Notes: generated by a model from the sequence alone, not told the origin. A DNA stretch of 64,000 bases from a candidate division WOR-3 bacterium (GCA_037481815.1 JBBFKX010000001.1:96001-160000), one strand, 5' to 3'. Counted from the stretch's first letter, positions 27,827 through 38,119 are shown. Made by a program: numbers and translations.

Positions 27827-28951
27827 ATGAACTTAAAAAGTATTCCCCAACTTAAGATCGGGGATTTTATCGCAAAGATTCCAATCATACAGGGTGGAAT
27901 GGGTGTTGGAATATCATTATCAGGTTTAGCGTCAGCAGTAGCCAATGAAGGTGGGATAGGAGTTATAGCAGCTGCAGGAATTGGAATGCTTGAACCAGAT
28001 TTTGTAACAAATTTTAAAGAGGCAAACAGAAGAGCGTTAAGAAAAGAGATAAAAAAAGCGAGAGAAAAAACAGATGGAATAATCGGTGTTAATATTATGG
28101 TTGCACTTTCAGATTTTGAAGAACTTTTACTTGTAGCAATAGATGAAAAGGTAGATCTTGTTTTTATGGGTGCTGGGCTTCCTTTATTAAATCCTAATAG
28201 AATAACACCTGAGATGATAAAAAAATCAACTACAAAATTTGTTGTTATCGTTTCATCTGCAAAAGCCGCAAGAGTAATTTTTAGATATTGGGAGAATAAT
28301 TATAATTTGATTCCTGATGCGGTTGTTGTAGAGGGACCTATGGCTGGTGGTCATCTGGGTTTTAAGAAAGAAAATTTGAACGATCCCGATTATAAATTGG
28401 AAAAAATTGTTCCCGAAGTTATTGCTGAAATAAGAAATTTTGAAGAAAAATTCAATAAAAATGTTCCGGTTATCGCTGCTGGTGGAATTTTTAATGGGGC
28501 TGACATTTACAAATTTATACAAATGGGTGCAAGTGGTGTTCAGATGGCAACAAGATTTGTGGCAACTTATGAATGTGATGCTTCAGATGAATTTAAAAAG
28601 GAATATTTAAAATGCAGGAAAGATGATATAGTGATAATAGATAGTCCTGTGGGATTACCTGGAAGGGCGATAAAAAATAGTTTTATCAATGAGGTATATG
28701 AAGGAATAAAAAAACCTTTTAAATGTCCCTGGAAATGTCTTGCAACATGTGATTTTAAAAATGTTCCTTACTGTATCGCCTTGGCATTGACAAATGCGAA
28801 AAATGGTAAACTAACACAGGGTTTTACTTTCTGTGGTGCGAATGCTTATCTTGTTGAAAAGATAGTTTCAGTAAAAGAATTGATAAAGAATCTCGTTGAA
28901 GAGTATGAAAAAGTAAAAAATAATCCAGAGAAAACCCTAATATTTAGTTAG
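27827..28951 (+). CDS. Nitronate monooxygenase / FabK-like FMN-dependent oxidoreductase
   Basis: PIIQGGMGVGIS, VEGPMAGGHLG, IAAGGI, GVQMATRF, Cys-rich C-terminal insert. Confidence 0.9.
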   Translation: MNLKSIPQLKIGDFIAKIPIIQGGMGVGISLSGLASAVANEGGIGVIAAAGIGMLEPDFVTNFKEANRRALRKEIKKAREKTDGIIGVNIMVALSDFEELLLVAIDEKVDLVFMGAGLPLLNPNRITPEMIKKSTTKFVVIVSSAKAARVIFRYWENNYNLIPDAVVVEGPMAGGHLGFKKENLNDPDYKLEKIVPEVIAEIRNFEEKFNKNVPVIAAGGIFNGADIYKFIQMGASGVQMATRFVATYECDASDEFKKEYLKCRKDDIVIIDSPVGLPGRAIKNSFINEVYEGIKKPFKCPWKCLATCDFKNVPYCIALALTNAKNGKLTQGFTFCGANAYLVEKIVSVKELIKNLVEEYEKVKNNPEKTLIFS

Positions 28952-28966
28952 AAACAAGTTTTTAAT

Positions 28967-29134
28967 TTAACTTAAAAAGACAAAATATAAATGGATCAAG
29001 GCAAAGATCAAAGTAATGAATGCTAAAATTTTATGATGAATAAGTTTCAATTTAAATTTTCGTAAGAAGATGCCTGAAAGTAGCGTGATACTCATAAAAG
29101 TAAATGAAAGAATACCTGAAATCAAGAATTTCAT
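28967..29134 (-). CDS. Unannotated 55-aa two-TM membrane protein with HK...H histidines
   Basis: GAGGTG SD then ATG; translation MKFLISGILSFTFMSITLLSGIFLRKFKLKLIHHKILAFITLIFALIHLYFVFLS. Confidence 0.75.
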   Translation of the reverse strand: MKFLISGILSFTFMSITLLSGIFLRKFKLKLIHHKILAFITLIFALIHLYFVFLS

Positions 29135-29156
29135 AAACACCTCTTTATATTAAATT

Positions 29157-30029
29157 TTAAAGTTCGTTAAAAACTCTTAATCTGTTGCGCTTCAATAATC
29201 TTTCATCGTTTGGAACGATAAACTTCTTATTTCTTGGAGGAAATCTTCCATTTGTAAAACCCGCAATAATAAGTAAAAATCCAAAAATGAGTATCAAGAA
29301 AGAAGGTAAAATACTTAGAAGTAAAGACCAATTACTAAGATTCAACGAGAAGATGAAAGAAAAAAAGCCAGATTTTTCTGATTTTGGTAAAGTGTTCCAA
29401 TTATCAAAAATAACTTTAATAATCGATAGTCCAAGTAATGTTAATATTACCCCTGATATGAATGGTATAAGATGAAATTTTTTTCTTCTTGAAGTTGAAA
29501 TAGCGTCAAAAGGTAAAATTTCAGAATTTATGATTGGAGGTAACTCATCTGCGACTATTGTAAATTTGAAGTCACTCACAGATGGAGTGCCATTTATCAA
29601 AATTTTAGAGATAAAAAACTCACCACTGTTTAACAAAGGAAAAACAAATTTGATTTCATTTTTTTCTTTATTAAAGTTAAGATCTATTTTTCGACCTTCT
29701 GGAAATACATAGATAACACTTGAATCCAATATCTCAAAATCAGAGGGTAATTTCAAAGTTAATGGTTCAATAATATCCCTTATCGATCTGTCTCCTGTAT
29801 TTGCTATCAGAAATTGTATTTCATATAAATTGTCAATTTCTTTACCCTGATATTTAATTTGAAGATCTTTTTTGACATCCTTATCCATCCCTTCAAAAGG
29901 AGATGAATAGAATTGTATGTACGGGGTTAGCGATTTTTTTAAATTTTTTCTGTAAAAGTAAATTGAAACAAGTATTGTTGAAAATACTCCAATAACTATT
30001 CCTAAAATCGAAATTAAAAAATTATTCAT
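29157..30029 (-). CDS. Hypothetical membrane protein
   Basis: GAGG SD; N-terminal TM, soluble beta-rich domain, two C-terminal TMs. Confidence 0.7.
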   Translation of the reverse strand: MNNFLISILGIVIGVFSTILVSIYFYRKNLKKSLTPYIQFYSSPFEGMDKDVKKDLQIKYQGKEIDNLYEIQFLIANTGDRSIRDIIEPLTLKLPSDFEILDSSVIYVFPEGRKIDLNFNKEKNEIKFVFPLLNSGEFFISKILINGTPSVSDFKFTIVADELPPIINSEILPFDAISTSRRKKFHLIPFISGVILTLLGLSIIKVIFDNWNTLPKSEKSGFFSFIFSLNLSNWSLLLSILPSFLILIFGFLLIIAGFTNGRFPPRNKKFIVPNDERLLKRNRLRVFNEL

Positions 30030-30071
30030 TTTGACCTCGATTGTTTAATCAAAAACAGTAAAATGTTTCGT

Positions 30072-30422
30072 TCAATTTTTTGCCTCTTTTATCGCAAATC
30101 TCTCTTTTTTGCTTCCCATAATATTACATGTAGCGGAAACTTCAATTAGAGTATCCGTAGGAGAGTTTCGAAAAAGAAAATATGCTTCTTCAAACTCCTT
30201 TGTTGACTGCTTGTAGAATTTTTGTTCAATCGATTCTTTTCCATTAACAAAAAGTTTTATAGATTTTATGTAATGCGCAGCAGGAGAAGGTACGGAATGA
30301 AAAACTTTCACATAGACAAGGTCGATTGAATCATTAAAAGTAATTTCAATTTTTGATGGACCATGTGCAAAGAGAAAAATTGAAAGAATTGTTAATGAAA
30401 TAATCAGGATGATTTTTTTCAT
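30072..30422 (-). CDS. Exported desulfoferrodoxin/superoxide-reductase-like protein
   Basis: Signal peptide then AHGP, FHSVP..AHYIKSI, ATCNIMG, echoing the SOR His/Cys ligand pattern; AAGGAG SD before ATG 30422. Confidence 0.65.
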   Translation of the reverse strand: MKKIILIISLTILSIFLFAHGPSKIEITFNDSIDLVYVKVFHSVPSPAAHYIKSIKLFVNGKESIEQKFYKQSTKEFEEAYFLFRNSPTDTLIEVSATCNIMGSKKERFAIKEAKN

Positions 30423-30519
30423 ATTCACTCCTTTCTTTATTAATAATTTTATTCTATAGTATGAAATTTTACAAGAAAAAACATATTGACATCTAGAAAT
30501 TAGAACTTAATATTCTTAT

Positions 30520-31401
30520 ATGGGATTTCTAAATTTTTTTTACATTTCCCAGGTTTTTCTTTTTAGTTACTATTCCGAAATTTACATCGATAGTTTGAGA
30601 ATAAATTATTTTGAAACCGAAAGTAAAGATACTGTTCTAATCTGTCTTCATGGTTTTGGTTCTTATTCTTATTCTTTTGAAAAAATAAGTGAACATTTGA
30701 AAAACGATTTCCAGATTTTTGCTTACGATAGACCGGGATTTGGATTTTCAGACAGACCTGAAATAACAAAAAATAAAAATCCTTATTCTTATGAATATCA
30801 GGTAGAACTTTTAGAAAAGTTGATAGAAAAAAAAGGTTATAAAAACAAAAATATCTTTCTTGTAGGTAATTCACAGGGCGGATATATTTCTCTTTTATAT
30901 TCTTTAAAACATAAAAAAGATGTAAAAGGACTTATCCTGATAAATAGTGCAATCAATTCAAGAGATATAAATCGCGTTTTGAAATTTTTTTTGAAACTTC
31001 CTTTTGTTAAAAGTTTTACAATAAGAAAAATAAAGGACACTTTTATTGATCAAGGAGAAAAAATATTAAAAAAAGCTTTTTTTGATAGTACTAAATTAAC
31101 AAAAGAAATTTTAGAAAAATACAAAGAACCTACAAAGAAAGAAGGATGGGAGAGATCACTTTATTATATGACGATCAGTTCAAAAAATATTTTGAACAAA
31201 AATGATTTGAAAGAAATTGATATCCCAGTTTTAATAATCTCATCAACAAACGATTCAATAATACCTCAAAAGGTCAGTTTTGAAATAAAGGATTATATAA
31301 AAGGTTCAACGATAAAAATCATTGATGGTTGTGGCCATATACCACAAGAGGAGTGCCCTGAACAAACAGCAAAAATAATTATGAAATTTTTGGGAAGATA
31401 A
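30520..31401 (+). CDS. Alpha/beta fold hydrolase
   Basis: LHGFG, DRPGFGFS, GNSQGG nucleophile, CGHIPQEE. Confidence 0.92.
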   Translation: MGFLNFFYISQVFLFSYYSEIYIDSLRINYFETESKDTVLICLHGFGSYSYSFEKISEHLKNDFQIFAYDRPGFGFSDRPEITKNKNPYSYEYQVELLEKLIEKKGYKNKNIFLVGNSQGGYISLLYSLKHKKDVKGLILINSAINSRDINRVLKFFLKLPFVKSFTIRKIKDTFIDQGEKILKKAFFDSTKLTKEILEKYKEPTKKEGWERSLYYMTISSKNILNKNDLKEIDIPVLIISSTNDSIIPQKVSFEIKDYIKGSTIKIIDGCGHIPQEECPEQTAKIIMKFLGR

Positions 31402-31402
31402 G

Positions 31403-32296
31403 ATGAGAATTGGTTATCCATGCATTAATCTTGGTGTTGGGTGTTCTCCGAATGAAACATTTAGATTGAAAAATTATTCTGAAGAGAATTTAAAGGAAAA
31501 GGTAAAAAATAATCTTTCATGTTTATTAAAGATTCTTGAGTTTAACATTTCTAACAACATTTACTTTTTCAGAATCAGTTCTGATATTGTTCCATTCGCT
31601 TCCCATCCGATATGCAAATTCAAATGGCAGAAATTTTTTGAAAGGGATTTTAAACTTTTGGGAGAGATTATAAAAAATAATAAAATCAGAGTTTCGATGC
31701 ATCCAGACCAGTTTGTTTTGATCAACTCACCAGACGAAAAAATTGTTGAGAGAAGTATAAAAGAACTTGAATACCATTGTGACATTCTTGAACTTATGGA
31801 AACAGGTTATGATGCGAAGATCCAGATACATGTTGGTGGAGTTTATAATGATAAAGAAAAATCTATTTTAAGGTTTATTGAAAATTATGAAAAACTTCCA
31901 CAGCGTATAAAAAATCGATTGGTCATCGAAAATGATGATAGATCATTTTCTTTAAAAGATTGCTTGGTGATTTACAAAAAAACAAAAATACCAATCGTTT
32001 TTGATGTTTTCCATCACACATGTTTGAATAATGGAGAATCAATTTACGAGGGAATTAAAGAAGCGATAAAAACCTGGAAAAAGATAGATGGGGAACTCAT
32101 CGTTGATTACAGTTCACAGGGGGAAAACAAAAAAAGATGCTCACATTCTTATGATATCGACGAGAACGATTTTAAAGAATTCCTTATTAAAACAAAAGGG
32201 TTGGATTTTGATGTTATGCTTGAAATAAAAAATAAAGAAAAAAGCGTATTGAAGGCACAGAAAATTTTAAGAGAGGTAACTGATGGAAAGATTTGA
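31403..32296 (+). CDS. uvsE: UV DNA damage endonuclease
   Basis: RIGYPC, FFRISSD..PFASHP, SMHPDQF, IHVGG, IENDD, FDVFHH, MLEIKNKE. Confidence 0.93.
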   Translation: MRIGYPCINLGVGCSPNETFRLKNYSEENLKEKVKNNLSCLLKILEFNISNNIYFFRISSDIVPFASHPICKFKWQKFFERDFKLLGEIIKNNKIRVSMHPDQFVLINSPDEKIVERSIKELEYHCDILELMETGYDAKIQIHVGGVYNDKEKSILRFIENYEKLPQRIKNRLVIENDDRSFSLKDCLVIYKKTKIPIVFDVFHHTCLNNGESIYEGIKEAIKTWKKIDGELIVDYSSQGENKKRCSHSYDIDENDFKEFLIKTKGLDFDVMLEIKNKEKSVLKAQKILREVTDGKI

Positions 32297-33206
32297 TAGG
32301 CCAAAAATTTTAGTAAGTAGATGTCTTGGGTTTGAACCTGTTAGGTGGAACGGAATAGTTATTCAAGATGATTTTATTAAAAAGTTAGCCAGATATGTAG
32401 ATTTTGTAACTGTTTGTCCGGAGGTTGAAATCGGGCTTGGAGTTCCTCGAGATCCAATAAGAATAGTTAAAAAGGATAAATCTTACTTTTTGATACAACA
32501 TAATACAGAAAAGGACATAACTGATAGAATGGAAAAATTTTCAAAACATTTTCTCAAAAATCAGATAGATTTTGATGGGGTGATTTTAAAGGAAAAATCA
32601 CCTTCGTGTGGGATTAAAAATGTTAAAGTTTATAATAAGGATGGTAATGTTGTTGAAAATGGATCTGGATTCTTTGCAAAAAATGTTTTAGAATTGTATC
32701 CAGATATTCCTTTAGAATCTGAAGGCCGATTGAAAAATATGTATTTAAAAGAAAATTTTCTAACAAAAATTTTTTTAATTTCAGGTTTCAGAAAACTCGA
32801 AAAAAACATGAAAGAACTTATAAATTTTCATTCGAAAAACAAATATCTTTTTCTTGCATACAATCAAAGGATGTTAAGAGATTTAGGAAAAATAGTCGCA
32901 AACCATGAAAATTATCTTATCGATACTGTTTTTTTACTTTATGAGCAGGTTTTGCTTTCTGGTTTAAAAATAAATTATAGAAGAACATCTTTTTATAACA
33001 CTTTTCTTCATATTCTTGGTTATTTTAAAGATAGAATTAAAAAGGATGAAAAGGATTTTATCCTCGAAAACCTTGATGAGTTTAAAAATGAAAAGTTGGA
33101 TTTAACAACGGTTTTAAAACTTTTACAGTCGTATGTAATAAGATTTGATATTGAGTATTTGAAAGGACAAACTATTTTTAAACCATTTCCAAAAAATTTG
33201 ATATAG
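32283..33206 (+). CDS. DUF523/DUF1722 (YbgA / TudS-like thiouracil desulfidase domain) protein
   Basis: SRCLG..VRWNG, CPEVEIGLGVPR, KSPSCG, EGRL, FHSKNKY, HILGYFK. Confidence 0.9.
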   Translation: MERFDRPKILVSRCLGFEPVRWNGIVIQDDFIKKLARYVDFVTVCPEVEIGLGVPRDPIRIVKKDKSYFLIQHNTEKDITDRMEKFSKHFLKNQIDFDGVILKEKSPSCGIKNVKVYNKDGNVVENGSGFFAKNVLELYPDIPLESEGRLKNMYLKENFLTKIFLISGFRKLEKNMKELINFHSKNKYLFLAYNQRMLRDLGKIVANHENYLIDTVFLLYEQVLLSGLKINYRRTSFYNTFLHILGYFKDRIKKDEKDFILENLDEFKNEKLDLTTVLKLLQSYVIRFDIEYLKGQTIFKPFPKNLI

Positions 33207-33215
33207 GAGCCGAAT

Positions 33216-34172
33216 ATGTGGTTTGCTATTTACCCTTCTTCAAAATTGAAAAATAAACCAGTTGGCATCAAAAGATGTGGATTTGAACTCGTACTTTGGA
33301 GAGATCAAACTAATAAAGTTTGTTGTATTGAGGACTTTTGTGTTCATAGAAAAGCGAGGTTGTCAAAGGGAAAAATCTTTAATGGAAAGTTGCAGTGTCC
33401 TTTTCATGGTTTTGAATATGAAGGAAATGGTTCAGTTAAAACGATACCTGCTTATGGAAGAAACTTTAAGGTTGGAAGAGAGTTTTATGTTAAAAATTAT
33501 ATTGTTGAAGAAAAGGAAAATTTTATTTGGCTATGGATTGGGAATGAAACACCAACAGATTCACCAAAATTTTTTGATGATATTGATACTGGATTTTCAT
33601 ATTCTGAATATGAAGAAGAATGGAGTGTTCCATTTACAAGATCTGTTGAAAACCAACTCGATGTTATGCATCTACCTTTTGTTCATCATAACACGATAGG
33701 AATGGGAGGTAAAACTGTTGTGAATGGTCCGGTTGTCAAATGGATAGATGAAAAAAAATTTTTTTTCTATGTGTTCAATGAGAAAGAAAATGGATTTGTT
33801 GCAAAAAAACCAGAAGAGTTAAAGATTGAAGATAGTTCAATATATCTGGAATTCATTTTCCCAAATGTATGGCAAAACCATATATCGAAAAAAGTCAGAG
33901 TCGTTGCTTTTTTTGCTCCAGTAGATAAAGAAAAAAGTGTTGTTTATTTAAGATTTTATATAAAACTGTTTCCTCTGTCCTTTCTTAACAGAATAGTTGC
34001 TGATTTAGGAATGATATTCAATAAGATAATTTTGCATCAGGATAGAAGAGTTGTTCTAACACAGAGAAAAGATATTTTTAACGACAAACTTGTTCAAGGT
34101 GATCTACCAATAATCGAGTTCAGGAAAAAACTTTTGCAAGTAAAAGAAAATGTAAAAGATTTTATTCCTTGA
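33216..34172 (+). CDS. Rieske 2Fe-2S oxygenase alpha subunit-like protein
   Basis: CVH...CPFHG Rieske motif; ENQLDVMHLPFVH mononuclear iron motif; QD. Confidence 0.9.
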   Translation: MWFAIYPSSKLKNKPVGIKRCGFELVLWRDQTNKVCCIEDFCVHRKARLSKGKIFNGKLQCPFHGFEYEGNGSVKTIPAYGRNFKVGREFYVKNYIVEEKENFIWLWIGNETPTDSPKFFDDIDTGFSYSEYEEEWSVPFTRSVENQLDVMHLPFVHHNTIGMGGKTVVNGPVVKWIDEKKFFFYVFNEKENGFVAKKPEELKIEDSSIYLEFIFPNVWQNHISKKVRVVAFFAPVDKEKSVVYLRFYIKLFPLSFLNRIVADLGMIFNKIILHQDRRVVLTQRKDIFNDKLVQGDLPIIEFRKKLLQVKENVKDFIP

Positions 34173-34650
34173 TAAACTTTAAATCGTTTGGATTGCAATA
34201 AATTCTTTGAGAGTAGATACCTGTGTATAGATAATCTATAAATCCTTCCATAAGATCTGTTAAATAGTTTAGTTCACCAAATGTAGGATCATCATATTTA
34301 CTTAAATATATTCTTGTTCCATTGATTGTCCCGGTCAGATATATAGGTGATGGCTCAGGAACAATTCCTGTTTCGTCGACAAGAGGAGTAAATCCAGATC
34401 TTGTATATTTCCATTCTATATCAACTTCATTTGATGAATATGTTTGAGAAATTTTCATCTCAATATCCCAGTACTCGTATGCAACAAGTTCTAAAGTCCC
34501 TGTAAAATTGTTGTAGTCAGTTTCATAGTAAACTTTTACAGGGTATGTTGTTTTCCATGTTCCGACGATGTTTCTTACAGGTGAAAGAAGAGTACATGTT
34601 GAGAAAAATAAGGATAAAAATATTAATGAAATTTTGAAAAATTTTTTCAC
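34162..34650 (-). CDS. Hypothetical lipoprotein
   Basis: AGGAGG SD, GTG start, signal peptide with Cys. Confidence 0.65.
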   Translation of the reverse strand: MKKFFKISLIFLSLFFSTCTLLSPVRNIVGTWKTTYPVKVYYETDYNNFTGTLELVAYEYWDIEMKISQTYSSNEVDIEWKYTRSGFTPLVDETGIVPEPSPIYLTGTINGTRIYLSKYDDPTFGELNYLTDLMEGFIDYLYTGIYSQRIYCNPNDLKFIKE

Positions 34651-34746
34651 TACTCCTCCTTTTTATCATTTTAATCGAAATCGATTTTAAGTCAATTTAT
34701 AATTTTTTTGTATTGTAAAAAGGATAAAAAAAGGTAAAATAATTTT

Positions 34747-35088
34747 ATGGAATTAAAATTTTTTGATCAACTCGATATTGGTATTACAGTATGTGATAGG
34801 GAAGGAACAATAATTTACATGAACGAGAAAGCAAAAAAAATTTTTCAGGATTATGGAGAAAATTTGATTGGGAAATCAGTGTTTGATTGTCATCCTGAAC
34901 CTGCAAGATCAAAATTGCAGGAGATGATGAGCAAACAGGAAAAGAATGTTTATACAATCGAAAAGAAAGGGATCAAAAAATTGATCTACCAAAGTCCTTT
35001 TTATATCGATGGGGAGTACTCCGGTTTTTATGAACTCTCGTTAGAGATTCCATTTGAGATGAAAAATTTTAAAAGAGATAAGGAGTGA
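34747..35088 (+). CDS. Stand-alone PAS domain protein
   Basis: ITVCDREG.IIYMN, LIGKSVFDCHP. Confidence 0.85.
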   Translation: MELKFFDQLDIGITVCDREGTIIYMNEKAKKIFQDYGENLIGKSVFDCHPEPARSKLQEMMSKQEKNVYTIEKKGIKKLIYQSPFYIDGEYSGFYELSLEIPFEMKNFKRDKE

Positions 35089-35090
35089 AT

Positions 35091-35522
35091 ATGAAGAAAA
35101 AAAATAACAGTTTATTTTTCCTTGGATTAACAGGAGTAATAATCGTTGGTTCATTTTTTATTGCTGATCTTTTCAACACTTTTTTTGGAAACAAAAATAT
35201 CTATTGGACTGCAACGACGATGATGATGCCTTATGAAAAAAGCACAAACGATTTTGAAATTTTTATTAGAGGTGAACTTTTACAGAAAAGTATAACTGAG
35301 AATAAATTAGTTCTCTACGATAAAAATGAGACATTTACGAATGTTACACTTGACGATTTAAGTTACAGGTTGAACAACTATTATAAAGTGAAGTCGGCAA
35401 ATCTAACGAAACTAATCTTTACTTCATTTTTCTTTGGAGTTTTCGTTTCAATTTTTATAGTTTCTTTTTTTGTTCCTGCACCTCTTAAAGAGTCAGAAAA
35501 GGTTGAGCAAGAAAATAGATAA
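35091..35522 (+). CDS. Hypothetical membrane protein (2 TM)
   Basis: AAGGAG SD; two hydrophobic segments. Confidence 0.65.
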   Translation: MKKKNNSLFFLGLTGVIIVGSFFIADLFNTFFGNKNIYWTATTMMMPYEKSTNDFEIFIRGELLQKSITENKLVLYDKNETFTNVTLDDLSYRLNNYYKVKSANLTKLIFTSFFFGVFVSIFIVSFFVPAPLKESEKVEQENR

Positions 35523-35527
35523 TTTTA

Positions 35528-36910
35528 ATGGATTTTTTTAAGTTTAAAGTTTTTTTTGCAGATTTTGAAACACAAAATTTTTTAGTATTTTATCTTTTTT
35601 CAAAATACACTTTTAAACATTTTTCAAAGAGGGATATAGAAAATTACCAGAGAATTAAAAGAAATCTTGTTGTTGAGTATGCATTTAGAAAGTCAGAATT
35701 TTTCAACAAACTTTACAGTGGATATGATCTAAAAGATTTCAAAAAACTCCCGATAATAAATAAAAAGATTATGATGGATAATCTAACAGCATATAACACG
35801 CTCGGATTGAAGAAAGAAGAGATTATCAATTTTTGTTGTGAGGTTGAAAAAAGCAGGGATTTTTCAAGAAGGTTTAAAGGACTTAACATAGGAATGTCTT
35901 CAGGCACAAGTGGTAATAAAGGAGTTGAAATCGTTACTCCAAGAGAAGAAATGTATATGAAAGCAGCATTTTTAGCAAGATTCGATTTTCCAGAAAATCA
36001 AAAGATGAGAATCGCATTCATATTGAGGGTCAGTGCTCCGGCATTTAATTTTAACATTTTAGGACACTCTTTTAGTTATATCAGTCAACTTGATAGTATT
36101 GAAAATATCTGCAGAAAACTTGAAAATATAAACCCGAATATAATTTCAGCACCACCTTCGATGTTAAAACTAATCGCTAAACATGTTAAGAATGGCCTAT
36201 ACAAAATTAAACCGAAAAGAGTAATTTCTTATGCTGAAATACTTTATCCTGATGTAAAAATTTTTCTTAAAGAAGTTTTCAATTGCCCAATCCATGAAAT
36301 ATATAAAGCTACAGAAGGTCCTATTGGAATAACATGTGAGAAGGAAAATCTACATATAAATGAAGATCTTGTTTATGTTGAAACTTTAAACAAAGATTTC
36401 AGTGAAACTCCCGCAGGGCAACAATGTGAAAAACTTATTATCACAGATCTTCATAAAAGGGCACAGCCGATTATACGCTATAACCTTAACGATGTGATAA
36501 CGATAAGTCCAAAAAGATGTTCGTGCGGTTCGAATTTTAGGGTTATTGAAAGTATTGTTGGAAGAAACGATCATCTTTTTTATGGTGAAAAAAGCGATCG
36601 AGAAGGTTTACAGTTCATTTCACCGGATTACATTTCAAGAGCGATAATAACAAGTTCAGAAAAGATTGAGGAATATCAGGTATTTCAGAAAAATCCTAAA
36701 AAACTTTTTATCAAAATCGAATTAAAGGAAAACGAGAAAGATGAATCTTTTGAAAAAGAAAATTTGGTTATAAGTATAAAAAAGGTCTTCAAAGATTACG
36801 GATGTAAAGAACCTGAAATAGAAATATCTTTCGAAAATATAAGTGAAAATAGAAATTCTAATAAATTCATAAGAATGGTAAGAGAGTTTGAAGTGAAGGA
36901 GGATCTGTGA
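35528..36910 (+). CDS. Adenylate-forming enzyme, phenylacetate-CoA ligase/F390 synthetase-like
   Basis: SSGTSG, EIYKATEG, PIIRYNLND, CSCG, GR.D motifs. Confidence 0.85.
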   Translation: MDFFKFKVFFADFETQNFLVFYLFSKYTFKHFSKRDIENYQRIKRNLVVEYAFRKSEFFNKLYSGYDLKDFKKLPIINKKIMMDNLTAYNTLGLKKEEIINFCCEVEKSRDFSRRFKGLNIGMSSGTSGNKGVEIVTPREEMYMKAAFLARFDFPENQKMRIAFILRVSAPAFNFNILGHSFSYISQLDSIENICRKLENINPNIISAPPSMLKLIAKHVKNGLYKIKPKRVISYAEILYPDVKIFLKEVFNCPIHEIYKATEGPIGITCEKENLHINEDLVYVETLNKDFSETPAGQQCEKLIITDLHKRAQPIIRYNLNDVITISPKRCSCGSNFRVIESIVGRNDHLFYGEKSDREGLQFISPDYISRAIITSSEKIEEYQVFQKNPKKLFIKIELKENEKDESFEKENLVISIKKVFKDYGCKEPEIEISFENISENRNSNKFIRMVREFEVKEDL

Positions 36911-38106
36911 AAGATAGGATTTTGACTTTGGATATCATAAGAGGTTTAGCGATGATCTTCATTATATTTTTTCATTGTTCAATATACAACTACGATAGAA
37001 TTCATATGATAGATTTTTCTAATCCACCAATCTTTATAGTTTTGATAAGTTTTATGGCGTTATGGGGAGGAATCTTTATCATTTATTCTTCGATTGTGAA
37101 CACTTTTGTGTTTTTAAAAAGGGAAGAAGAAGATGAAAATAAAAATATGGGGAAAATTTTACTTTTTTCATTTTTAATTTACATTATAGTACATTTTTAT
37201 TTGAACCTTGTTGCTGGTAGATGGAATGTTGATTTCGTAAACAATAAACCTGACCTTACTCTATATGCTGCTTTGTTAAGAAGTAGTATGGACCAGTTTC
37301 ATCCTTACAAAAAACTTTTTGATGGATCATCGATTTCGACTATTGCTTTTAATATCGTTTTACTTTCATTTTTACAAATTATGTTCAAAAAATTAAAATT
37401 CAAAAGGGATTTGATTTACAATTTTTTGTTCATTGCAGGTTTTTCGATAATTTTTTTATCTTTTATTAGAGTTGATATTTATAATTATTTTGATCTGCTG
37501 AAAGTGAATAAAGTTTTCTTCCCTGCAATCGTGTTAACATTTTTCATAGCAAACCCATATCCTTTGATAACCTATTTTTCATATGGATTGTTCGGAATGC
37601 TTATAGGTTATTTGATATTTGATAAAAGGGAAGATATTTTAAAAAAAGTTGTTTTACCGACATCTTTGTTTTTAATTCTTTATGGCTTCTATGGAATGTC
37701 GAAATTTCCTAAATCGATTTCAAAGCCGGATTTATTCTGGTACTTCAAAACAAATTTTGAACTTGGATTTTTTATGTTTAGTATAATTTTGATCTATCTT
37801 TTATTTGAGAGAAAGAAAAATGTTTTAAAAAACTTTTATTTAATATATAATTTCAGTAGGGTCAGTCTTTCAATATATATTATGGAAGTTTTGCTTTCAG
37901 AATTGTTTAGAAAAATTTATTTAAAGTTGAACCCGGGATGGAACCTTGATATGAACAAAACCTTTTTGTTCGGGTTTTTCAATGTCTTGTTGTGGATGTT
38001 AATTGTGAATTTCTGGAGTAAGATAAATTTTAAATACAGTTTTGAGTATTTCTGGGTAAAGTTTTTTAAAATATTGGAGAAGAGTTCCACAAAGTTGAAA
38101 ATTTAA
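36907..38106 (+). CDS. Multi-TM acyltransferase-like protein (DUF418/HGSNAT-like)
   Basis: RILTLDIIRGLAM..H at N-terminus, SLSIY, YSFEY. Confidence 0.7.
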   Translation: MKDRILTLDIIRGLAMIFIIFFHCSIYNYDRIHMIDFSNPPIFIVLISFMALWGGIFIIYSSIVNTFVFLKREEEDENKNMGKILLFSFLIYIIVHFYLNLVAGRWNVDFVNNKPDLTLYAALLRSSMDQFHPYKKLFDGSSISTIAFNIVLLSFLQIMFKKLKFKRDLIYNFLFIAGFSIIFLSFIRVDIYNYFDLLKVNKVFFPAIVLTFFIANPYPLITYFSYGLFGMLIGYLIFDKREDILKKVVLPTSLFLILYGFYGMSKFPKSISKPDLFWYFKTNFELGFFMFSIILIYLLFERKKNVLKNFYLIYNFSRVSLSIYIMEVLLSELFRKIYLKLNPGWNLDMNKTFLFGFFNVLLWMLIVNFWSKINFKYSFEYFWVKFFKILEKSSTKLKI

Positions 38107-38119
38107 AAGGAGATTTTTT

